A DNA stretch of 64,000 nt, from assembly GCF_009914755.1 (NCBI RefSeq), contig NC_060937.1, one strand, 5' to 3'. The position numbers and the translations under genes are program-made. This document shows, piece after piece, positions 1 to 18,016 of the stretch (within the stretch, counting starts at the first letter, position 1; each line of letters opens with the position of its first letter). Under the pieces are notes generated by a model. That model worked only from the letters and a program-made list of their open reading frames with translations. It was not told the DNA's origin and made no database searches. This DNA is from the human T2T-CHM13v2.0 reference genome, Homo sapiens.

Positions 1-249
1 CAACTGGCCAATTGTTTATATTTTGTAGAGATGACATCTCACTGTGTTGCCCAGCCTGGTCTCAAATTCCTGGGCTCAAGTGGATCCTCTGCCTCAGCCT
101 CCAGAACTGCTGGGACGACAGGCGTGCGTCACCATGCCCAGCCCAGAGAGTCATTTTAATAAAGACACAGATGAGTTAAAGGATGAAGAAAGACCACGAG
201 ACGCACGCAGCTGGCATTGTCTTCTCTGTACAACTGTTACAGCAGTTTC

Positions 250-1570
<1,321 letters not shown>

Positions 1571-1887
1571 AACCAAATGAACCATGGTAGCATGCTTCTT
1601 AACAAAAAGAAGAGAAGGCTGGGCGCGGTGGCTCACGCCTGCAGTCCCAGCACTTTGGGAGGCCGAGGCGGGCAGATTGCTTGAGCTCATGAGTATGAGA
1701 CCAGCCTGGACAACATGGCAAGACCCCATCTCTACAAAAAAATACAAGAATTAGCCAGGCATGGTGGTGCATACCTATCGTCCCAGCTACCTGGGAGGCT
1801 GAGGTAGGAGGATGGCTTGACCTGGAGACAGAGATTGATTGCTGTGAGCCAAGATCACGCCACTGCACTCCAGCCCGGGCAAGATAG

Positions 1888-2118
<231 letters not shown>

Positions 2119-2219
2119 TGATCCACCCATCTCAGCCTCCCAAAATGCTGGGATTACAGGCGTGAGCCACGGCACCCGGCTGAGACCTTGTCTAAAGAAG
2201 AAAGAAGATGAAGAAAGAC

Positions 2220-3205
2220 ATACCATGAAGACGAATGCGAAAGATAAGAGTGGCTACATTCAGATCGAAGTAGACTTCAGGACAAGGAATCTCACCAGAG
2301 ATAAGAGGTACCTTTCATAACGGTAAAACACCGACGTTCATCCCAAGACTTAACCCTAACTGGGCAGGCCTCTATTCACAGACCTCAAAATATGTAAAGC
2401 AAAAGCTGATGGGCAGACAAGAGCAACAGGAAACAGGCCTACCCATGGGTACAGCAGGAGTGCTGACCCTCTTCTTTCAGTAACTGAGAGGAGATAGCAG
2501 AAAATCAAGAGGGATAGAAAAGACTTGAAAAACACTCTTTGCTAATTGGAGCCAGTTGAGAGTCGTGTATCAGTACACTCAACAATGACAGTCGTGTAGC
2601 ATTACACCCAACAACAGTCACATAGCATTACACCCAACAATGACAGTCACATAGAATTACACCCAACGATGACAGTCACGTAGCATTACACCCAACGACG
2701 ACAGTCAGCATTACACCCAGCAACAACAGTCACATAGCATACACCCAACAATGACAGTCACATAGAATTACACCCAACAACAGTCATGTAGCATACACCC
2801 AACAACGACAGTCACGTAGAATTACACCCGACGGTCACATAGCATTACACCCAACGACAGTCACGTAGCATTATACCCAACAACGACAGTCATGTAGAAT
2901 TACACCCAACAATGACAGTCACGTAGAATTACACCCAACGACGGTCACATAGCATTACACCCAACGACAGTCACGTAGCATTACACCCAACAACGGCAGT
3001 CACATAGAATTACACCCAACAATGACAGTCAGGTAGCATTACACCCAACAACAGCCGCACACACCAGGATGAGCACGGGTGGCTCATGAAACAAGGGTTA
3101 ATATATTTAAAGGATTAAAATTATACAGAATGCATCCTCTGACCACAATGAGGTTAGATATCTAACAGAAAGATAACTAAATAACTAAACGGTTAGAAAT
3201 TCAGC
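2220..3205 (+). mobile_element. Old L1 (L1M-type) ORF2 endonuclease-region fragment hosting a minisatellite
   Basis: A-rich degenerate L1 ORF2-like text (GAGTGGCTACATTCAGATCGAAGTAGACTTCAGGACAAGG..., ATATGTAAAGCAAAAGCTGAT, CTCTGACCACAATGAGGTTAGA). Confidence 0.65.
2572..3055. repeat. Minisatellite, ~25-29 bp unit (TAGCATTACACCCAACAATGACAGTCACA-like), ~17 copies
   Basis: Direct repeats of ACACCCAAC(AAC/GAT)GACAGTCAC(A/G)TAG(C/A)ATT. Confidence 0.95.
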
Positions 3206-3383
3206 ATAGGCTGGGTGCAGTGGCTCATGCCTGTAATCCTAGCACTTTGGGAGGCCAAGGCAGGTGGATCACAAAGTCAGGAGTTCAAGACCACCCTGGC
3301 CAAGATGGTGAAACCCCATCTCTACTAAAAATACAAAAAATTAGCTGGGCATGGTGGCGCGTGCCTGTAGTCCCAACTACTCA

Positions 3384-3539
<156 letters not shown>

Positions 3540-3728
3540 CTAATATAAAGAGAAAATTCTAAATAAATAACACACTTGTAAATCAGTAATCCACGAGTCA
3601 AAGAAAAATCACAAAGAACATTAGAAAATGTTTTGAATTTGATGAGTATGAAAATAATTGACCAAAAATTTGTCCGATGCACTAGAGCGTGTTTAGAGAG
3701 ACATTTGTGGATTCAGATGGTTATATGA

Positions 3729-4083
3729 TGCTGTAGACTAGTGTGTACCCCCAAAACTTGTGTGTGGAAATCCTCACCCCCAAGGTGATGGTATCAGGAG
3801 GTAGGGCCTTTGGGACGTGACGAGGTCGTGCAGGTGGAATCTGTGAATGGGATTCCTGCCCTTTTAAGAGCCCAGAGAAGTAGCCAGTCCCTTCCGCCAT
3901 GCGAGGACACAGCAAGAAGGCACCATCAAAGATCCAGAAAGCAGCCCTCACCAAACAATGAGTCTGCCAGCGCCTCAATCTTGGGCTTCCCAGCCTCCAG
4001 AGCTGTGGGAAATAAATTTCCAGTGTTTATGAGTCACCCAATGTACAGTATTTTGTTATAGCAGCCAAAATGATCTAACACAA
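3729..4083 (+). mobile_element. MaLR LTR (MLT1-like)
   Basis: TG...CCCCCAAAACTTGTGTGTGGAAATCCTCACCCCCAAGGTGATGGTATCAGGAGGTAGGGCCTTTGGG ... CCAGCCTCCAGAGCTGTGGGAAATAAATTTC ... TTTGTTATAGCAGCC. Confidence 0.8.
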
Positions 4084-4440
4084 CTGAAAACTACAAAACA
4101 TGGTTGAAAAAAAAGTTGAAGACTAAAATAAATAGAGATGTATACCACATTATTGTCAAACCCAATATTAAGATGTCAGTCTCCTCCAAATTGATAATAG
4201 ATTCAATCCAGAGCCCAGCAAAATTCTGGCTTTCTTTATAGAAAAATGACAAGCTGATTCTAAAATGTATATGGAAGTGCAAATAGTCAAAACAAATTTT
4301 AAAAGAACAAAGTTGGAAGACTTACTCTACCTAATACCAAAGACTTACTATAAATCAAGACATTGTGATATTAGCAAAAGGGGAGACATAGAGATCAACT
4401 GAGTTACACAGAGAGAATAAAACTTCATCCACTTACATCA

Positions 4441-5190
<750 letters not shown>

Positions 5191-5832
5191 TTACACATTT
5201 TAGGGAGGCAGAAGTTGTGGGCAAAGGCGTAAACGGATGCAGGTTAGTATACTTTGGTTTGCCTGGAAAGGCAGAGCATCTTGAAGTGAAGGTTGGAAGG
5301 GGCTTACAGGTCATGGATGGAGTCAAAGATTTTCTGATTGGCAACTGGTTGAAAGAATTAAAGACTTGAGGTCAGTAGAAAGAAATGCTTGAGATAGGAT
5401 AAGGGGGTGTTGGGCTGGACGGGGTGGCTCATGCCTGGAGTCCCAGCACTTTGGGAGGCCAAGGCGGGTGGATTCGTTTGAGCCCAGGAGTTTGAGACCA
5501 GCCTGGGCAACACAGTGGATCTTGTCTCTGCAAAAAAACTCAGAAAATTTGTTGGGCGTGGTGGCACATTCCTGTAGTCCCGGCTACTCAGGAGGCTGAG
5601 GCAGGAGGATCACTTGAGCCTGGGAGGTCAAGGCCACAGTGAGCCCTGATTGTGCCACTGCCCTCCAGCCTGGGTGACAGAGCAAGACCCTGTCTCAAAA
5701 TAAAATAAAATACATTAAAAAAACTGAAAGCTTGCTCTTTGATAGATACCATTAAGAAAACAAAAAGGTGGCTGGGCACGGTGGCTCACGCCTGTAATTC
5801 CAGCACTTTGGGGGGCTGAGACAGGCAGATCA

Positions 5833-7180
<1,348 letters not shown>

Positions 7181-7305
7181 AAGAGGCCAGGTGCAGTGGC
7201 TCACGCCTGTAATGTCAGCACTTTGGGAGGCAGAGGCAGGCAGACCACTTGAGGCCAGGAGTTCAAGACCAGCCTGTCCAACATGCCGAAACCTCATCTC
7301 TACTA

Positions 7306-7461
<156 letters not shown>

Positions 7462-7844
7462 TCAAAATAAAATAAAAATTAAAAGAAAAAATGGAAAATG
7501 AACGAGGCATTTTTACCTAGCTCTACTTAGATAAACTAATAGTTCCTCATTGAGGATCTTTTTCAAAGTCAGTGCCATGGTCATCGTGATCTTTCTTAAT
7601 GGTCTTGTCTGGATCCTAAAGTTTTCTTCTTATGAAACAGAAACAGACAATGGCTAGATTAACTGATGACTGATGCCTCCAGGTAGCCTTCCTAACAGAT
7701 ACCACCTGGAGACCACAGATGGACATGTGTCTGCAGGTCTTTCGTCACACCCTTCCTCTCATCACCATCTCCTCAGGCATGACGTGAACACGGTTCTGAC
7801 ATGTCTGTCCCGTGATGCTCAGTTCTGCTGCATGGCAACAGTAA

Positions 7845-8102
<258 letters not shown>

Positions 8103-8749
8103 TGATCCACCCTCCTCGGCCTCCCAAAGTGCTGGGATTACAGGCATGAGAAAACGCGCCGGGCCTCACAGAGCCATTTTTAAATCCCCCTTTGAGGTTA
8201 GTCATGAGTTCAGATGGAGAAGTGGCTTCATGTGGATTTCAGTTCCCATTCTGTGTTTTTCATTATTAGGAATAGGCTCTGGTTAGCAGGATTTCATTCT
8301 TAAATAAAAATAGGCTCTAATTAAGCACACCTTGGATCCCAGGGCTCTCAGGAGACAGCATTCCAGTGAGTCTGTAATGGGCACATGAGCATTATTGCAG
8401 TTACCGAATTTCTCTTGCTGCAAATGACTTTGAACTATTTTTTTTAAACCCACTTTCGAAGAAGGTAAAAGTTTTGGTTCTTTTTTGTGAGAGGGTTCCG
8501 TTTCATAACCTTCTAAAAACAAGACTACCATGGTTTAAGTACTTCAAGGAAATTGGTAAACCTTGCCCATTTTAAGAGGCTTAAGTCACGGCACCTAACA
8601 CTCAGGACAGTATTAAGGCCTTCTCATGAGCAGCTCCTGGAAAGCAACTCAGACACAGAAGCCGAAAGGCTGACACCCTCTGACCCAGCCATTCTCCAAG
8701 GAGTCTCTCAAAAGGAAACTATCCAAGATGAACCAACACATAGGTATAA

Positions 8750-9013
<264 letters not shown>

Positions 9014-9543
9014 TGACCTTGTAATCTGCCCACCTCGACCTCCCAAAGTGCTGGGATTACAAGTGTGAGCCACGATGCCCGGTCCATTTTATTATTTTTG
9101 AGACAAGGTGTTGCTCTGTTGCTCAGGCTGGAGTTCAGTTGTACAATCACAGCTCACTGCAGCCTTGACCTCCCGGGTTCAAGCAATCCTCCCACCTCAA
9201 TTTCCCAAGTAGCTGAGATCACAAGCATGCACCATCACACTCAGCTAATTTTTGTATTTTTTGTAGAGATGGGGTCTCCCTATGTTGCCCAGGCTAATCT
9301 CAAACTCCTGGAATCAAGCAATCCTCCCACGTCGGCCTCCCAAAGTGCGGGGATTATAGGCGTGAGCCACTCTGCCTGGCCCCAAAGGCATTATTTTAAA
9401 CAGAAAAAAGTAATCTAAATTCCCATAGAAGGGGCTCATTTACAAAATTATCACATCATGGGAGTTTTGCTTCTTTTTTCTGCTTATTAGCATATATTTT
9501 ACTTTAACACTTCCTGTTTTGCATTTTTCTGACATGTCATTTG

Positions 9544-9880
9544 TTAACTCTAATTGTACACTGATCAGCATGATCAGTCGCCCTCTCATTCATTAACCCT
9601 AACCATACACTGATCAGCAAGATCTTTGCCTCTCCTTGGTTAACCCTAACCGTACACTCATCAGCACGATCGTTGCCTCTCCTTGGTTAACCCTAACCGT
9701 ACACTCATCAGCACGATCGTTGCCTCTCCTTGGTTAACCCTAACCGTACACTCATCAGCACGATCGTTGCCTCTCCTTGGTTAACCCTAACCGTACACTC
9801 ATCAGCACGATCCATTGCCTCTCATTGGTTAACCCTAACCGTACACCCATCAGCATGATCAGTTGCCTCTCCTGTCATTA
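9544..9880. repeat. 47-bp minisatellite, 7 copies, containing TTAACCCTAACC
   Basis: Unit TTAACCCTAACCGTACACTCATCAGCACGATCGTTGCCTCTCCTTGG; unit starts at 9544, 9593, 9640, 9687, 9734, 9781, 9829. Confidence 0.95.
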
Positions 9881-10645
9881 ATGGACCAACAGGAAATGCT
9901 GCTGAGGTAAGTGTGCACGAGCACGGTAAAGAAGTGAAAATCAAGGACCCCAGTGACGAGTGACAGACAGGAGCTTCAAGCTCAGGTCCGCCTGGTGCCA
10001 AAGCCCACATTCTGAGTAGCCTCAACAGAGCTCAGCTCTGATGCAACCCCAGGGAGAATGGAAGGCTCGAGGGAGGAAGACCCCTGGCAACCTGTCCTCC
10101 CCCCAGGTCCAGTGCTAGAAATTCTGATCACCACAACAGTAGTCTCTTCCGATATGGGACAATTTGCTGATTCTTGGGAAAAGAAAACAATCACGGATAG
10201 GGAGAGATTTGCTAAAGGATACAAAATTACAGAAGAAACAAGTTCCAGCGTTCTACAGCACTGGACGGGGACTACAGTACTGGACGGGGACTACAGTTTC
10301 AGATAGCTAGAGGGAGGATGCAGAATGACCCCAATACCAAGAAATGATGTTTGATTTGACAGAAGTGTTAATTACCTTGATCTCATCACTACACGTTATA
10401 TGGATCCAAACATCACTACGTACTCCATAAACGTGCAATTATTATATGTCAATTAAAAAATAAAATAAGGCAGTGCTCATGCCTGTAATCCCAGCACTTT
10501 GGGAGACTGAGGCAGGAAGATGGCTTGAGAGCCGGGCGTGGTGGCTCACGCCTGTAATCCCAGCACTTCGGGAGGCTGAGGCGGGCAGATAACGAGGTCA
10601 GGAGTTCGAGACCAATCTGGCCAACATAGTGAAACCCTGTCTCTA

Positions 10646-11165
<520 letters not shown>

Positions 11166-11841
11166 CTATAGACATAAGAGTGGCAGAAGCCTGATACCTT
11201 CATCCAGTCCCATGTTAACTCCTTACAGAACCATGGTGCACCCATCAAAAACAAAAGATGAATTTTGGTGCACTGCCATTAGCTAAAGTACAAAGCTCAT
11301 TTGAATGTTACCAATTTTTGACAAATGCCCTATCTCTATTCTAGCAGCTGGTCCAGGGTCCCACGCTGCATTGGTCCTCATGTCTCCTTGGTGTCTTTGT
11401 CTGTGACAGTTCATTTTTCTTTCACAGTCTGTCATGACCTTGAGGTTTTGAGGAGTACTGGTCAGGTACCTGGTAGACCTGCCTTCCATCTGCGCTGGTC
11501 TGTTTTCTGAAGGCCAGCACCAAGGGGGCTGGGCATGTACAGCGGCCTGTCAGGAGGCACATGGTGCCAGCAGATCCTGCCACAGGGGATACCAGCCTCC
11601 ATCAGCAGACTCAGCTCGTGGCAGCCGGGAGGCTTCAAGGCAATGCAAATACGTTTCTCCTTAAACATTCCTGTTCAGGTCTGCCAGTGGACACAGCCTA
11701 CAGCAATCCTTATGACGGTGGAAATGCTAATTTTCCACTTCCCTCCTCCTTTCTGCATTGAATGATGGGAATTTCTGTAAGAAAGATTTGTTTCTTCTCC
11801 TCTACTTATTCAGTTTTTTCCATCCGAAGGGATTCAGGGAC

Positions 11842-12354
11842 TGCCGAGACCAGCTCAGTCGGGGAGACCCTAACTGAGCGGCGCTAGAGGAATTAAAGAC
11901 ACACAAACAGAAATACAGAGGTGTGAAGTGGGAAATCAGGGGTCTCACAGCCTTCAGAGCTGAGAGCCCTGAACAGAGATTTACCCACATATTTACTAAC
12001 AGCAAACCAGTCATTAGCATTGTTTCTATAGATATTAAATTAACTAAAAGTATCCCTTATGGGAAACGAAGGGATGGGCCAAATTAAAGGAATAGGTTGG
12101 GCTAGTTAACTGCAGCAGGAGTATGTCCTTAAGGCACAGATCGCTCATGCTATTGTTTGTGGCTTAAGAATGCCTTTAAGTGGTTTTCCACCCTGGGCCA
12201 GCCAGGTGTTCCTTGCCCTCATTCCTGTAAACCCACAACCTTCCAGCTTGGGCGTTAGGGCCATTATGAACATGTCACAGTGCTGCAAAGATTTTGTTTA
12301 TGGCCAGTTTTGGGGCCAGTTTATGGCCAGATTTTGGGGGGCCTGCTCCCAACA
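11842..12354 (-). mobile_element. Solo LTR MER9 (HERV-K HML-3 family)
   Basis: Reverse complement begins TGTTGGGAGCAGGCCCCCCAAAATCTGGCCATAAACTGGCCCCAAAAC and ends CA; 513 bp; 6-bp near-TSD AGGGAC (11836-11841) / AGAGAC (12355-12360). Confidence 0.85.
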
Positions 12355-13029
12355 AGAGACATTTATTCTTTTGCTCATACACCAAAGCTATTATTCTTTA
12401 CTTTCCTACTCAAACTCTTCCAGCTTTGGCCACTGGGAATGTTTTTTGGGGTGGCATCTGGGTCCTTTTATCACACCTATCAGTTTGCTTTTCAAGTACA
12501 TCCTAATTTCCTGGAGCCACAAGATGCTCCAGGCTCATTTTGCATTTTCCCTCCCAGTCTTGGATCAACCATTCTCCAAGGAGCCCAGATTCCTTTACTG
12601 GAGGACAGTGTTGAGAGACCAGGATGTGGCCACAGCCTGTGCTTGCTGTCGCTGAAGCTGCAGCTTCAGCTCTGTCAGCAGCTGGAGCCAGGAGAGGAGA
12701 GGAGGGTCCGTGACTCATGTGTGCATGCACGTGCAGGTCTGCTTATTTCTGTAACTATGCGGCTGTATCTATTTAAAGACACCTGGGTTCATCCTGAGGC
12801 CCCAGGGCCTGCCCATCCAGTGCCACAGAACTCATTCTCACCTGTACCTTTCCTTACTCATAACTTCTGTCTTCCACAGGGAGGACCTGCAAATCATCAT
12901 TATCTGCAGAATATCCACTGGTTCCACACTGGCAAACACATAGTTTGCTAATCCACACCCCTGTGGGAAACAAATTTACCAACTGGAGTGTGGTGTTTCT
13001 GAACAGCTCTTGCGCCTTTAACCTCACAG

Positions 13030-13917
13030 TATTAAAGGAAACCAGAATGCGTCACTGTAAAATATGCCTCTTTGACATAAAACTTATTTTGAGCTAAAAG
13101 CAATTTAGCAGCAAATGGAGGAAAAGCTCTTCTACACCAAGACAGGATATAAATTCTCCTTTACTGGAGACAACTCTGGATGCTCACCAGCTCGGAGAAG
13201 ATACCAGGGAAATCTGCAAGCAAACCTTACCCCATTCGTTTCCTCTCATATATTTTAGCTTCCCACAATTTCCCACCTTTGGAAGCCCAAAATTGCTTTC
13301 TTTTGCCCTCTGTCTGCAAATGTATTGTTCTTTCCTGCAGATGCTGTAAGCCAGAGTTGTGAGCCACTGCTTTGTTATTTTCACTGAGTGAGGTGGTTTG
13401 GATATTTGTCCCTCCAAATCTCATGTTGAAATACATAATCTCCAGTGTTGGAGGTGGGGCCTGGTGGGAGATGTGTGGGTCATGGGGGCGGATTCCTCGT
13501 GAATGGCTTGGTTCTCTCCTTGTGGTACCAAGCGAGAACCTGTTCTGAGTTCATGAGAGCTGGTGGTTTCAGGCGGCCTGGCGTCTCTCTCTTGCCAGGT
13601 GATGCGCCTGCTCCTCCGCCTTCTGCCACGATTGGAAGCTCCCTGAGGCCTTCCTAGAAGCAGATGCCAGCACCATGCATTCTGTGCAGCCTGCAGAACC
13701 ATGAGCCAAAATAAACCTCTTATTTGTAAATTACCCAGCCTCAAGTATGCCTTTTTAGCGATGCAAACAGCTAACACGCTGAGATTCCTCCCATTGATGC
13801 ACACCGTGTGTGTTTATCAACCGTTTGCTTTTCTCTTGTTAACCTGTCTTTTGTCACAGGACTCTGTCCCAACTCAGAAGTCATGGAGGTTGAGGAAGAT
13901 CATATTTCCTCCCCAAA
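13030..13917 (+). mobile_element. ERV1 LTR (MER34/MER39-like) split by an MST insertion
   Basis: AAGGAAACCAGAATGCGTCACTGTAAAATATGCCTCTTTGACATAA...TTATTTTGAGCT start; LTR-like text resumes after 13783. Confidence 0.6.
13389..13778 (+). mobile_element. MaLR LTR (MSTA/MSTB-like)
   Basis: TGAGGTGGTTTGGATATTTGTCCCTCCAAATCTCATGTTGAAA ... AGCCTGCAGAACCATGAGCCAAAATAAACCTCTT; 5-bp TSD CTGAG at 13384-13388 and 13779-13783. Confidence 0.85.
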
Positions 13918-14481
13918 AGCATCCTGTGAAGACTTCAAGTCACTTAGACCAGCTCCTTTCTTCCTCACGTCCTTCAGTGTGGCTGCGGGACTCGCTCCCA
14001 TGCACTGTCTTTGCTGGTCACAGCCTGCATTCTGTCTTGGGTCTTCCCCCATCCCTACCTCCAGGTAGATTTCCAACATTAATGTATAGTAAAGCTTAGT
14101 CTGTGATGTGCATCTCTATGGGTTTGACAAATATTCAGAATGTCCTCCACCACCATATTCCTTACAGAACTGTCTTGTCATCCTGGAACCCCCATGGCCC
14201 CAGCCCAACCCCAGAATTTTCCTGTCATCCCAGAACCCCCACAGCCCCCTGACCCCAGAACTGTCCCGTCACGCTGGAATGCTGGGGCCGGCTCCCCCCC
14301 GGGCCCCAGAACTGTCCCGTCATGCTGGAATGCTGGGGCCAGCTCCCCGCTGCCCCAGCAGTCCCTAGTGCTTTGCTTTTTCCAGAATGTCATGTGCACG
14401 GAATCCCACTTGTGACCTTTTGGGGCTTGTTTTTGTTTTGTTTTGTTGTTTTGTTTTGTTTTGCTTCACAAAATGCATTTA

Positions 14482-14601
<120 letters not shown>

Positions 14602-14684
14602 CTAAGGCAGGAGGTTCGCTTGAGCCCAGGAGATCAAGACCAGCCTGGGTAACACGGCAAGACCCCGTCTCTATAAAAAGTTCA

Positions 14685-15107
<423 letters not shown>

Positions 15108-15152
15108 TCACTCACAGATTGTAGGAGAAAGCAAATTATGGGACCCTTGTCA

Positions 15153-15525
<373 letters not shown>

Positions 15526-15660
15526 CTAATTATCATTTGAATAGAAAATCCCAGTATAAAGTCCTGATTTTCTCTTAAATGTTCTGTCTTTCTTAGGTCT
15601 GTGTATGGAAAAGACCTAGAAGCTTGACAAACCAGTTGCTAAAATAGATTGTGATCTCGA

Positions 15661-16475
15661 TGAAAGTTGATCAGAGAAATTGGGTCATTCTCGCCACACC
15701 CAACTAAAACAGTCAAAGAGCCTGGGGAGAAAGCACTCAGGACACACAATGTTGCTCCAAAATGTAATTCTCTTCAAGCCTGGCAGTGAAAACTGCTGCT
15801 GTAACCTGAATCCAGTTCCATCCATGGCTGCTGAGACACCCGACAGCCCCAGAGGACAAACTTCCCCGCCCCCGCTGCCGCCCACGCCCACGGACCCTGC
15901 CAGATCCCGGACAGAGCTTTACCAACAGCAGGGAACTTTCTCTCAAGACCTTCCTCATTCTTATCGAACCCCGAATCTTCTCTTTGTTCTTCAAAGACAC
16001 GCAGTTTGTGTGTATGCCCCTGTGAAACTGAATGAATCAAACATAAAGCCTTTGAAATTGTGAATTACCCTGAGCCTTGAAGGAAATGTGGCTATACGGC
16101 ATAGGTCATGCCACACGCAGCTGCAACTTCTGCCTTTTTCCCTGTAAACAATAAAGACCAAATGGCACCGGAGATAAGACCCCCTCAGATCACTACCCCT
16201 CCTCATGGAGTCATAACGCAATCTTCCTTCAAATACAGAGATCCCTAACCAATGGAACCGCTGCGGCGTGTGCCCCTGGTCTCATATGAGAACTGTGGTG
16301 ATCCTGCTGGAGCTTCTGTCTCTGCGTGGTAAGTGAAACCTGAGCTTCTCCACTTGGAAACGCTGACCCCATGTGTCTGCAGTCAGTGCCTTCCCGGGTG
16401 GCCATCCTCAAGCTCTGCACTCAAATACACACTATAGGTAATCAGATTTTCTGAATCTCATTATTTGCAGTTGAC
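15661..16475 (+). mobile_element. ERV1-class LTR(s), MER4 group
   Basis: Starts TGAAAGTTGATCAGAG...GGGTCATTCT; ends ATCTCATTATTTGCAGTTGACA, resembling typical ERV1 LTR termini; subfamily not determined. Confidence 0.6.
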
Positions 16476-16653
16476 ACCTGAATTGCAATGCTTTCTTCCC
16501 AAATAAAACGTTAAATTTGGAGAGTCATCTCTACATTTTTGACTCTGACATCTCTAAAGACCATTTTTCATCAAAATAAACCAGGGCTTTTTTTTTTTTT
16601 TTTTTTTAGACAGAGTCTCACTCTGTTGCCCAGGCTGGCGTGCAATGGCATGA

Positions 16654-17040
<387 letters not shown>

Positions 17041-17409
17041 TGAGCCCAGGAGTTCACAACAAGCCTGAGCAACATAGCAAACCCTGTCTTTTATACAAAA
17101 GTAAAAATAAATTAGCCAGGTGTGACAGTGCGTGCCCGTAGTTGGAGGTGCTTGGGAGGCTGAGGTGGAAGGCTCAGTTGCACCCAGAAGGATGAGGCTG
17201 CAGTGTTGGGCAACCCAGCCTGGGCAACACAGTGAGACCCTACCTCTAAAAAACATTTTTTAAGTAGTAACTGAAAGGCGGGTAATAGTGGTAGGCAAGG
17301 CGGGGATCATTATATTATTCTACTTTTATTTAAAATATCCTTTAGAATTGTTACAAAAAGACTACTTATCTCAATTTTTACCTATCAACCACTACTTTAT
17401 TTCAAATAC

Positions 17410-18016
17410 TGAGCCCATGTATCAGCTTCCAAACCTGAACTCTTGTGGCAGAAACTGCAGAAGAAAATTTCAGGAGCCTGTTTCTTGTGCCAAGCGGGAA
17501 GCTAGGCCCTGTGGCCTGAGTCATGCAGCACGTTTGCAACTTCAGCTTCTTGGACTGGTTAGGCTGACAGGTGACCACACAGCCTCTTGTTCTTGTTTTG
17601 TAAATGACTAGGAGAGACCAGAGACCAGACTTCCCCGCTTCCCATTACTGATCTTTGCTGTGGACCAGCCGCCTCCTTCATTGTCCTGTGCATCTGTCCT
17701 AACTCAGACTAGATGGCACGACGACCCCGTGACGTAGTCCGTGTGGAACGCCAAACATACCTTTCCCAATAGGAAAAGACCACCTTGGCTAATCGGAGCA
17801 CAGTAACTGTGCATTCACCCTCAGAGAGAAAGATGCTGGAATTGTGTTAAGTTTCCCTAAACTTCATCTATAGAAATGATCCCAAACTGCTACATTTCAG
17901 AACACCGACTTCTGTTCTTTGGAATCTGTGCTTCCTGGGCGGCCTGTCCTCAAACTTTGCACTTGAATAATCTCTCTTTAAAGTAGATTCTGACTCTTGA
18001 TTATTTTAGGTTAACA
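17410..18016 (+). mobile_element. ERV1-class LTR
   Basis: Ends CTCAAACTTTGCACTTGAATAATCTCTCTTTAAA...TTATTTTAGGTTAACA; 5' boundary approximate. Confidence 0.6.

Noticed and set aside
9544-9880. CRISPR-like appearance of regularly spaced repeats (also 2572-3055)
   Set aside because: Units are contiguous with no unique spacers, there are no cas genes, and the context is primate.
12170-12951. 161-223 aa ORFs at the MER9 edge as retroviral genes
   Set aside because: Antisense to a solo LTR and running into unrelated flank; no gag/pol/env motifs.
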